A stretch of 64,000 nt of DNA from a virus (lineage: Duplodnaviria > Caudoviricetes). The notes beneath the pieces were generated by a model that saw only the letters and a program-made list of their open reading frames with translations, ran no database searches and was not told the origin of the DNA. Positions 28,735 through 39,035 of the stretch are shown here, piece by piece; position 1 is the first letter of the stretch; the number at the start of each line of letters is the position of its first letter. The position numbers were made by a program, and so were the translations under genes. The stretch lies in the IMG/VR virus record IMGVR_UViG_3300037067_015211, positions 1 through 64,000 of that record; one strand, given 5' to 3'.

Positions 28735-30508
28735 ATGGGCTGGTATTCGAAACGCCATTATAAGCTTCTTGCAAATGGATCTCCAGATACGCCATTCACA
28801 ATAAAATGCCGCCAATGCGATAGGCAGGCTTGGGAAGAAGCAGATAAAGAAACGGCAAAAAAGTTTGTAGAATTAACAGTACGAAATGCCCGAGAATATT
28901 GTGATTATCGGGCAAAAAGAGCTAATGAAATTTATGAAATTTTAATGAAAAGTAAAGCAAACAAAGCGGAGGGCTAAATCATGGGTTACTGTTACAGAGG
29001 AAAAAGACTCGTATGTGATGTGTGCGGAAACGCCGACGGCACTTCTCGCAAAAGGAAATGCCCCTACGGATGGTGTCCCCCACCGGCAATCTGCAAGTCT
29101 TGCTGGAACAAAAAGGAAATCCGAGACAAGTTCCACCAATACCACATCGATCATGAGTGCCAAAAAAACAGCAGAGAAACTAATGAAAAATACCAAAAAG
29201 AACAAGACATGATCGACGGTGGAAAATATATCCGATGCTCCGCGCTCAGCGTGGACGATAATATCGTACACGTTATCTTCCGTGGCAAAATTAACAACAC
29301 CGGACGATATATGCAAAGAAACACCTACAGGGCCATTCCATTGCTCCAGACGGCCACCATCGAGGACTATGAGACCATCGAGGGCAAACAACTGGAACCG
29401 GCACCGGCAAATTTTTACTGAAAGACCACACAATGAAAACAACCATTAAACCAAAACCAAACATGCAAACAATAGCACGGCTTATCAAATCTATGCTGGC
29501 TAAAGTAAAATCAAACTACTCTGTATCTATCGTAGAGCATTACGACGGCCTAAGCATCCACGTACAAAACAAACATAAAGATTGTGTTGGACGCCTCTTT
29601 TTTAACGAAACAGAACCATCATTTTGTACAACCAACAACCAGATTGCAAAAGATTTGGTCAAACAAATAAAAGCAATTATCGGCAGGATTGAACAATGAA
29701 CATAACAAAACTATATGACAAAATCGTAATCGGACTAATGGACTACATGTTTCCCCAAGATTATAAATCATGGTTCGCATGGCACCCAGTCCAAACAAAC
29801 GACCAACAAATTGTTTGGCTCGAAACCGTTAAACGTAGGTGCAGATATGGCAATAGCTCTATCGGCCTAGTGTATTATGATTACGAAAAAATTAAAAAGG
29901 AAAAATCATGAAACTAGAATATTGGGAAACTGCCTCGGGTCACAAGGCAACCATTGTGACTAAAAATGTCGAGGGACAAAATGTTTAAACTTTTCAAGAG
30001 AATGCTCTGCAAACACAATTACATCAAAACCGAAACCGTGTTCCAAGGAATAGACATCACCCCATATACCCTAAGCCCATGCCATATACACTCCATCAGA
30101 TTCATCTGCACCAAATGTGGACAAAAGGCATACCGACAGGCACACTTTCCGCTCATGTATAGCTCAGAAGAAGAACAAAATACAATGTGGGCAGATCACT
30201 TCGGTAAACGTTGGCCCGTAGATCCCATTACTAAAGAAAAATGTTTCACCTTATGCACTGAATATAAAAATGAGGGCGTCAATCTCAAAAGCAGAAAAGC
30301 CTACGATAAAGCATGGGATAGCAACTGGAAACATCTCTGCCGACAAAGCGAAGAACACTTTGAAGAACTCCAAAAAATGTCAGATAATTTTTTCAAAGAA
30401 AGGAATAAAAGCCTCCAAAATTCAATAGACCGCTGTAACGAAGTTTTCGGAAAAATCGATAAAAGACTGGAAAATACAATTTCAAGATTAAATAAAAGCG
30501 CAAATTAG
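28735..30508 (+). other. Run of hypothetical genes (28981-29421, 29433-29699, 29696-29911, 29966-30508)
   Basis: Promoter at 28682; abutting ORFs. Confidence 0.5.
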
Positions 30509-30534
30509 TTTGCACCCACATTATTGTACACGCA

Positions 30535-31179
30535 TCACATACTGCCAAGAGCAACCTGCTTTAATACATCATTCTGTATCTGAGCAATATTACTAGAAAT
30601 ATTAGTAAATATAGGAACATTAATTGTTCTAATATTTTTCCCACAACTTTTAATCTCCTGACCACAAATATTGTTAAAAAGCTGCATCAAAACCACCCCT
30701 AGAACAACGTCGCCACTATATTCACACATACTACCACCCACAACACCAAATTGATTGCCATCCTCGTCAACAAGCCTAATGCGCCACTTTTCTTCCACGT
30801 CTTTACTAATGTCAAGGCATATCCGCTCCCTCTCCAACCAAGATAAAAAATCCTTCTCCTTGGGTAAAACATTAATCCTAATCGCTCGAAATTTCTCGCC
30901 AGTCATATAATGCAAAATAGTTTGCAATTCTCCTATAACCCCACTAACCCTCCCACGAATAAACTTGTACACCAAATCCTTTGCTTCATCCAAACTGTAC
31001 ACCAACCCCTCATCATTATCTTCATACACAGCAGCATACCATTTGTATTCCACCACATCAGTATCACGACATTCGGCAATCTCGGCACTAATTATACCAC
31101 CATAAATTAAAGTATGATGTATAATGTCAAACCCAGACTCGTTGCGCCGCACTTCCCAATTAATCATTTTAATCTCCAA
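30535..31179 (-). CDS. Hypothetical protein
   Basis: About 210-aa ORF. Confidence 0.55.
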   Translation of the reverse strand: MEIKMINWEVRRNESGFDIIHHTLIYGGIISAEIAECRDTDVVEYKWYAAVYEDNDEGLVYSLDEAKDLVYKFIRGRVSGVIGELQTILHYMTGEKFRAIRINVLPKEKDFLSWLERERICLDISKDVEEKWRIRLVDEDGNQFGVVGGSMCEYSGDVVLGVVLMQLFNNICGQEIKSCGKNIRTINVPIFTNISSNIAQIQNDVLKQVALGSM

Positions 31180-31442
31180 TCAGTTTCACCCAATAACACT
31201 CGACAACTACCCAAATCAAAATTTCCGTCTTCTCGAACGGCCCAATACATTACATTTAAGGGAAAGTTTTTTATGATAGTTCCAATCACCGCATCTCTTT
31301 GCTTATCTTTATAAATAAATTCTCTTTGATAGGGCGGTCGTATATCTAATTTGCCACCATAACCAATAACGCCAGCCTCAGCATTGTCTTCATAACCATT
31401 AGTCAAATCGCTAACTGTGATTTCTTTAAGTTCAATTTTCAT
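31164..31442 (-). pseudogene. Truncated DUF262 (GmrSD-like)/HNH restriction endonuclease
   Basis: LDIRPPYQREFIY..FPLNVMYWA breaks off just before the expected DGQQR motif and runs into unrelated sequence. Confidence 0.75.
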
Positions 31443-32485
31443 GTTTCTTTTCTCTTAATCAAAAGCCGGGCGTAAGTGGGTATATATTTACCCTCAGTTA
31501 TTATTACAGCCCTTCTATTCAAGTCGCCGGGATTGGCAACATCCTTTTCTGTATATTCTCTAGTTTTTAATCCTGAATTGTTGTCTCTGTCTGTTATTCC
31601 TAATATTTCAAATTGATTTGGATTATACTTGTCAAGAAATGTAATCGGAACCCCCATTGCCATGTTATAATCTACGGGAATATTTTTAGTCTTGTCAACT
31701 TCAATAGCATCATAATTGTCGTAAGTTGGATATTCTTTAGAATTATAGGTTTTATAAAGAAGTAATTCCTCATATCGTTCTTTGAAATCTAGGTTGGTAA
31801 ACCAACGAACACCTTTCACGCGTATATATTTTTTGCCATTAGCATCAATCCTGTAACTCGCCGCATTTATTGGATAATCATCAGGAATTCCAAATTCTCT
31901 ATCTCCACTTCGTATACTTGGGCCAAGCCATAATTTATTTCCTTTTATGAGACGAAAAACTTCTTTATATGTAATTGCATTTACGCTTCCAATTATTAGA
32001 AATTCTTTTTCATATTCCATAAGTTGTGCTATGTACTCACGAAATAATGAAAATGGAGGATTTGTCACTACAATATTGGCTTGCTTTAACAATTCAACAC
32101 TTTCCTCACTTCGAAAATCGCCATCGCCCTTTAAGTGTTTTATACCAATTTCTTCTGGATCGGGAATATTATTTCTATTTTTGTCACCGGTGTATTCTAA
32201 ATAAATTGCTTTTTCAGACTTGTTGTTGCTAAATAAATCGATGTTCTGATTTTTGTAACAAGTAGTAATTAATTTTTTGAGACCCAGTAATTCAAAGTTA
32301 TATGAAAAATAATGAAAAAAATTACTAATACGTGGATCATCACAATTGCAATAAACTACCTTATTTTTAAAATGATTTTTATAATATTTCAACTCTCTCT
32401 CAATATCAGTTAATTGAGTATAAAATTCATCTTTTTTTGATTTCTTTGCTTTACGTAAATCTTTATTTTGTGACTTTATTGACAT
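31439..32485 (-). CDS. Adenine-specific DNA methyltransferase, EcoRI family
   Basis: AKKSKKDEFYT, VYCNCDDP..SNF, GDGDFRSEE, IVVTNPPFSLFREY, MGVPITFLDKYNP. Confidence 0.88.
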   Translation of the reverse strand: MSIKSQNKDLRKAKKSKKDEFYTQLTDIERELKYYKNHFKNKVVYCNCDDPRISNFFHYFSYNFELLGLKKLITTCYKNQNIDLFSNNKSEKAIYLEYTGDKNRNNIPDPEEIGIKHLKGDGDFRSEESVELLKQANIVVTNPPFSLFREYIAQLMEYEKEFLIIGSVNAITYKEVFRLIKGNKLWLGPSIRSGDREFGIPDDYPINAASYRIDANGKKYIRVKGVRWFTNLDFKERYEELLLYKTYNSKEYPTYDNYDAIEVDKTKNIPVDYNMAMGVPITFLDKYNPNQFEILGITDRDNNSGLKTREYTEKDVANPGDLNRRAVIITEGKYIPTYARLLIKRKET

Positions 32486-32491
32486 TGTACC

Positions 32492-32638
32492 CCTTATAAC
32501 TAAGTCTTTTTCCCACAAATCCCTTTATAGCCTCTGTGGCTCTCTCTCCGTCCTTGACGGACCTCCAATTCCAACGAAAATTAAATTCATCACAGTATCT
32601 ATAAAGATGATCCTTAGACACATGATGAAATATACCAT
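32492..32638 (-). mobile_element. IS1595 transposase 3' remnant
   Basis: Encodes GIFHHVSKDHLYRYCDEFNFRWNWRSVKDGERATEAIKGFVGKRLSYK, identical in protein sequence to the end of 21602-22558. Confidence 0.9.
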
Positions 32639-32699
32639 ATAACCCATTCCCATCAATGTAACCATTCAAATCAACACCACATTGTCTGCATACGTCCAT

Positions 32700-33388
32700 A
32701 TAACACCCTTTCTATAAAATCTTCCAAATATACTAACCCAATATCCCAAATACGTCAAATAAAATCTTAAAATTATAATAAATAAACAAAAATTTGTACC
32801 AAATATCAACAAAATACAATGTAGTTTGCCCTAAATTATAATAAAATAAGATGGGGTGCATGGCAAAGTAATGGGCGAATCAGGTCGGAACAAATGTAAT
32901 TTGCCCTAAAATATATTAAAAATAACAAAATATAGCCAAAAATAAGAAGGGGGGCAAAGTAATTTGTTGATATATATAGACTTACAATTCCATAGAGAGA
33001 TTTTCAAAATTGGTACAGCCTAGTACACACGTCAGCACCATTCCCCCGCCATTGCCCTGCCCTTTCTGTACCCTCCCCCCCTTTTCTCAAACTCCTTTGC
33101 CCCTCGACCACCAACAAGCCTTTCTGTCGATCTACGGGCAATCTAATAGATAGATACAAACATATTTGCTTTCTTCTGTCTATTTTAGTTATTCTCAGGC
33201 CGATCTTATCTCTTTTATAAGCGTAACATTGTATGTGCAAATAGTTTGCACTTATATGTACATAAATTATTTAAAATAGCTCTTGACAAGACAAGAAATA
33301 TACATACAGTATAGGTAACATAAAGATGAGCAAATAAGGGGCAAACTAATTTGTCTTCTTGCAGTTAGGTTTATAAGGGAGATATATC
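32700..33388. other. Large non-coding AT-rich region with repeats
   Basis: Imperfect direct repeat ATGTARTTTGCCCTAAA (32819, 32894); CAAA-N3/4-TTTG palindromes; promoter at 33283. Confidence 0.55.
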
Positions 33389-35186
33389 ATGAAGATTAAG
33401 CGTGATAGGATTAAGGTGGCGGAGAGGGTTCTTAGGTTGGTGGAGAAAAAGATTAAGGATTATGATGCACCTAATATTTATCTAGGTACTTATCAGAATG
33501 GGAGAGAACAGGGCTATTCTTTACATATTTTAGTCGCAGATCCAAGCAAATGGGAATGGGTAGCGTGGAGCGAGGATCGTAGTTCAGATAGTGTTGTAGT
33601 GTATATAGAACAATTCGATTCTTGTCAATCTGTTTCTGATGATGCTTATGCAACTAGACAATTATTTGACAGTGAAAATGACGCTGCCAAATACATTGCC
33701 CAACTCATTAAGGAACATGAAGATTAATTTGCTCTTTTATAAGCGTAAATGAAACTATTAAAAGGAGATAGAAGATGGCTATTAGCGCGATGCAAATTTA
33801 TTTGATTGGACAAGCCGATTCGCTTATTACGACTTGTTCTGTTATTTTTTTTATTGGGTTTGTTGTTTCGCTTTTTATATTCATGCTGGGCATGGGCAGT
33901 ATTGAGAACATTGAAGATAGTAGTTGTATTGCTGTACTTGTAAGGTCTAGTAAAAAGCTATTGTATTGGCTGACCATTCCGTTGGCTATTGTTGTTTTTA
34001 CTCCTTCTTCCAAAACGCTTGCCGCTATGTATATCATCCCTAAGATCGCCGACTCCCAGTTTATGAAACAGGTGCCCGATAAACTTACTTCCCTAGCCAA
34101 TGAATGGCTCGATAAACAGATTAAAGATATCAAGGCAGAAGAAACTAAATAGTTTTTAAGGGTAACATATTATGAACAAACAATTTGCAGTTGGAGGCGG
34201 ATAAGATGCAAATTACTTTGGCGAGAATCAGATATGACGGACCTGAGAACTATTACTATTCGGATATGAATGATTGGAAATATATCGTTGCCGTCAAGAT
34301 GGGCACTATACATATGACCAAGAACAAACTGTTTGTGCTCAGTAATAGTGAAGGAATTCATTGTACTATAAAGACAGAATATGTAGCAGAACTATGGCTA
34401 CGAGAACAACCAGTTAATCAATCTGCGGTCGTCCCTGACGAACTAATGACAGAAGTACAAAATATTTTGAAGTAGAAATAGATTATAAACGTAACTATTT
34501 GAAAGGAACATATCTATGAACTACGCCCCTTTAGCTTTTACTCTTGGTTTCTTCGAAGTGCTCGTATTCCTCTATCTTCTATTTCTCACCATCTATATTG
34601 TTACCCCAGATAACCAAAACGACAATGATAAGATAACCACTACAAATTATTTGCTTCAAGTGTTTTGTGGATTACTGCTAATGGTAGCCCTTTCGCTAGG
34701 CGTGGGTAAAGCAATCTCGATGGGAGACAATACTAAAGTAGAACAGGAGAATACCAAATGAACAACAATGATTTTCATGAACATATGGAAAGAGTAATCA
34801 AGTGGAGCAAAGGAAAATCTATGAACAACAATGATTTGAGAGCTAAAATTCAAGCAGTGCTGGACGAGCGGGAACAGGAGAGACTTCAGAGAAAAAAACT
34901 TACTATAACTGAATATGTTGATGCCGTTGATGCAATTGCTTTCGATAAAATCAAACAAATCCTTGCCGCTAAACCATTCGAAGAATTTTTAGATACTCTC
35001 TTAGACTATAAACAAAAAGGCTACACTTATTTGAAGCAAATTAATTTTTTCCCCAGACAAATCCATGCGACCATAAATAATGAAGCCACCGGCTATACAT
35101 TTACCTCCAACTACAATCTTCAAGCCAACGAATCCTTCTCCGATATCTCCAAACAAATTGTTGATGCTTTCTACAATAATCCTTGA
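33389..35186 (+). other. Five hypothetical genes, two membrane-type (33389-33727, 33775-34152, about 34172-34475, 34516-34761, 34758-35186)
   Basis: ORFs with RBS; hydrophobic segments in 33775 and 34516. Confidence 0.55.
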
Positions 35187-35956
35187 CAAACGTTCAGTGT
35201 TCTGATATATTGGATAAAAAAAAACTATGTAGCAAAGAAGTAGTATGCAAATATTTTACACCAAACTATTGTTCCTAGATAAATATTCCACCCAGTCTTC
35301 TGATGTGATCCCCTTCTACACAGACGATACACCAAAAGATATATCGTTTGCCGCCTCGCTCATGGAAACACTTCTCCACCAAAAAAACATCTTAAGGAAA
35401 AATGATGAGTAGCAAAATGCAATAATTTGCTTCAAAATAATGAAACAAATTTGTATCAGGGGCAAGAATTTGATACAAAGTTGTGCCAAAATGGCAGGAA
35501 TTTGGACATCGGACAGCAAACTATTTTGTATTTTATAATATTTTACAATATTTTTCTAAAAAGTCTGCCAAAATGGCAGGAAAGTGGGTGATATTGGTAT
35601 GATATCATAGTGATATCACTGTTTATAACAGTGATAAGAAAATGGGTTAAATTATGGGCGTAAAAAGTATTTGAGGGACAAATTAATTTGCATTTTCTGG
35701 TGTAATACAGGTATAAAGTATAGGCTAGTTGTGTAATGTATGAAAACATGGTGAAAAAGGGGTATTATTACCGATTATTAGGAAATTTATGTCCGGCCAT
35801 GACCGGAAGGGATGTGGCCATATTTAGTTGACATCTGTGGTAGAATTCCATAATAGATATATGGGTTTTGTGTAATTGTGCAATAATTTTAAAAAAATAG
35901 CTTGACAAGTGTGGGATTGTGCATACAGTATATTTAGTATGTGAAGGGAGAAGGAT
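35187..35956. other. Large non-coding region with iterated palindromes (candidate origin/control region)
   Basis: 17-bp repeat TGCCAAAATGGCAGGAA (35484, 35566), hairpins TTTGTATCA..TGATACAAA and ATCACTGTT..AACAGTGAT, CAAATTAATTTG at 35679. Confidence 0.5.
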
Positions 35957-37819
35957 ATGGAGTTGACAGACATAGATGAGATTAGGGAGTATGTAAAGAA
36001 CAAGGGGTATAATGAGCGTCATTGGCTTAATGATGTGATAAGGTGTTTGGAGCATTGTGAGCGTGGTGAGGCTCGTGTTATTTGTTTTAATGAGAGTGAC
36101 AAGGCTAGTGTTCATGACAAGTATTTGATGATAAGGTTGTTGTTTGGTGGTAATAAAGAGGAAAGTCCGTGGTTTTTGGTCTGAGTGGTGGCAAATGAGT
36201 TTGCGGCTTAAATTTTGATAAAAAGGGGTTATATTATGAGTACATTTAAAAACATTGAGATTGTTGTAGTTGAGCATTATAACAAGGTGGAGGATTATAA
36301 AACTTTTAGTGTAAACATAGAACGTGGTGATGAGCATATAAGCATTAAGGCTCCGACGCAACAATTGGCGTATGTTTTGGCCCAAATGATTAGCGAATTG
36401 CTTGTGAAATATACTCGTGAAAATATTTGTAATTATGAGAGGTATTGTGAAGATTAAAAGGGGGTTATGGATCATGAATATTGAGAAGGTAGTCAGGAAG
36501 TTGAATAGGCTTAAGGGTAGCATTAAGACCAAGGCTGAGGATTGACAACATGAACTATTATGATATTAATGGCAAACCATTGAAAAAGTACACATGTGTT
36601 ATATGTGGTAATGATACGGTTAATGAGAGATGTATATGTTATATGTGCAGGCGACATAAGAACCAGCCGCACAATGTTATATTTTATCGTGAGCGTAAGA
36701 GACTAGAAGATGGGTTTGCGATGTTAAATGGCTATCAGGATTATGATGATTATTGTGATGATGAATATTAATAGGTTGGTTTGTAAATTACATTATTTTA
36801 CTTAAATTTTAGTTAAAAAGGGGTTGGATCATGTTAGTGAAGGTAACCGGTGAGGATATGGCGGAGCATAAGGTAGTATGTAGGTGGGTTGGATTAAGAT
36901 GCAAGGCCATTGATTCTATTTGTTATGGGCTTGATATAAGCGTGGGGGACACCAAATCGAGTGTTAGTTTAGTTTGCTTTGAGGGGACGGAGTCTATTAT
37001 TAGGCTAAGGTTTATTGTAGTCTCTGGTGATGATCGATATATTTCTGTTAGTGGTGGTGGGGGATATTTTTTTGAGGGGGAAAATAGGATAGAAGATGCG
37101 ATTGATTATATTGTGTGCAAGGTTAAGGATTATCTTTGGGGAGATTAAATAATGAGCAAGCGTATAATTCAAATAAATTTGGAGGGCATAGGAGATTGCC
37201 CCAATAAATCTATTCTTGACAAACTTTCTACTCCGCAGCTTTTTATTATGATGCGTAATTGCCTTGATGGCTATTTGGGTATTAGGGCTGTAGCGGAGAT
37301 CGAGATTAACGAGGTGGTGCAAACAATTTGTTCTGGAGGGATATATGGTTTAGAGAGTAATGATACGGAGTATATGGTTGTTGTAGAGGGTGAGCAACTT
37401 TCTGAGCTAAGGTATATGCTTATGGAGATAGGGTTTGGTGAGCGGGAGATTAAAACTGCTATCGAGCGGCGTAGGAATGGAATTACTTAAATTTTAATTA
37501 AAAAGGGGTTGGGGCAAATTAATTTGTATTTTTAGCTTGACAGGGGGAGGATTATACATAGAGTATAATTAGTGAAAGGGGGCTGATGATGGAAACGATA
37601 ACGGTAGATAAATCGGAGTTGGTGGAGAGGCTTCTGTGGTGGCAGAAGCAGGGGCTATCATTTAGTGGTAGTGGATATGGGGGGAAGATTCCTACCAGAT
37701 ATTTGTATAAGCACAACAATATCCTGAAGCGGGTATATTGTGCGTGTTACGGGAATTCCGGCACGTGTTATGTCGTGAGCGGCAAGGACAAGATTATTTT
37801 GCGGGTTTTAGGTGGATAA
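35957..37819 (+). other. Run of small hypothetical genes with G/T-rich codon usage
   Basis: ORFs 35957-36184, 36236-36457, 36550-36771, 36831-37148, 37152-37490, 37586-37819; promoters at 35902 and 37537. Confidence 0.55.
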
Positions 37820-37820
37820 A

Positions 37821-39026
37821 ATGATTGAACTTCGTGGTAAGTATGCTATTGCCAAAGTATTTACGGATAATATTGAGCAAATGGCGGTATCACAGATCAT
37901 TGAACTGCTTAATCAGCCGTTTACTAAAGGTAGTCATATTTGTATTATGCCGGATGTTCATGCTGGTAAAGGTTGTGTTATAGGCACTACCATGACCATT
38001 ACCGATAAGATAGTGCCGAATCTAGTGGGTGTGGATATTGCATGTGGCATGTTGACTGTAGAGTTATTTGACTGGATTCCTAGTGAGATAAATCTTAGGC
38101 GTTTGGATGAGGCTATTAAGAAGCGGGTTCCGTCTGGGTTTGACGTACACGATAAAGCTGTAGCTACATTTGATTTTTTGGAAAGGCTTAGGTGTTACAA
38201 ATATTTGCATGATGTGCCTAGGATTGGTCGTAGTATAGGGACTTTAGGTGGAGGCAATCATTTTATTGAGATAAACAGATCGACTGGTGGTGACAAGTAT
38301 TATATGGTTATTCATTCTGGTTCACGTAATTTGGGAAAACAGGTATGCGAGCATTATCAGAATTTAGCCATAAAGGAAACTTGCAAGATTGATATGGATG
38401 TTGTGGCTGAGATAAAAAACAAATTAATTTGTGATGGTCGTAGTTCTGAAATTGCAGGGGAGTTAAAAAGGCTTAAGGGGGAGGTTCCGCAGAAGCATCT
38501 TGCATATTTGGCCGGTAATTCCTTTAGGGACTATCTTCATGATATGCAGATTGTGACTGAATATTCATATGCTAATCGTAAGGCAATGGCAACGGCAATT
38601 ATGCATGAATTGGGAATTCATTGGTCTGATTGGTTTACTACACTACACAATTACATTGATTTGGTAAATATGATGCTGAGGAAGGGCGCGGTTTCCGCTC
38701 AGGCTGGGGAGAAGTTGTTAATTCCTCTTAATATGCGAGATGGTAGTTTATTGTGTTATGGTCGAGGTAGTCCTGATTGGAATTATTCTGCTCCGCATGG
38801 GGCTGGGCGGACGATGAGTAGGGGTAATGCTAAGCGGAGTATTAATATTGAGGACTTTAAAAAGTCTATGGAGGGTATTTTTACCACATCTGTTGGGCAG
38901 TCTACAATTGATGAGTCGCCATTTGCTTACAAACCATTTGAGGAAATTATTGCAAACATTGGGGATACGGTAGATATTGTAGATAAGATTGTTCCAGTTT
39001 ATAATTTTAAGGCTGGTGGTGATTAA
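37821..39026 (+). CDS. rtcB: RtcB-family 3'-phosphate/5'-OH RNA ligase
   Basis: IMPDVHAGKG, VGVDIACG, GTLGGGNHFIE, HSGSRN, HNY, RKGA, PHGAGR. Confidence 0.95.
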   Translation: MIELRGKYAIAKVFTDNIEQMAVSQIIELLNQPFTKGSHICIMPDVHAGKGCVIGTTMTITDKIVPNLVGVDIACGMLTVELFDWIPSEINLRRLDEAIKKRVPSGFDVHDKAVATFDFLERLRCYKYLHDVPRIGRSIGTLGGGNHFIEINRSTGGDKYYMVIHSGSRNLGKQVCEHYQNLAIKETCKIDMDVVAEIKNKLICDGRSSEIAGELKRLKGEVPQKHLAYLAGNSFRDYLHDMQIVTEYSYANRKAMATAIMHELGIHWSDWFTTLHNYIDLVNMMLRKGAVSAQAGEKLLIPLNMRDGSLLCYGRGSPDWNYSAPHGAGRTMSRGNAKRSINIEDFKKSMEGIFTTSVGQSTIDESPFAYKPFEEIIANIGDTVDIVDKIVPVYNFKAGGD

Positions 39027-39035
39027 AGGGAATAT

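Noticed and set aside
35768-36532. 254-aa minus-strand ORF
   Set aside because: Shadow of G/T-skewed + strand genes that have promoters and RBSs.
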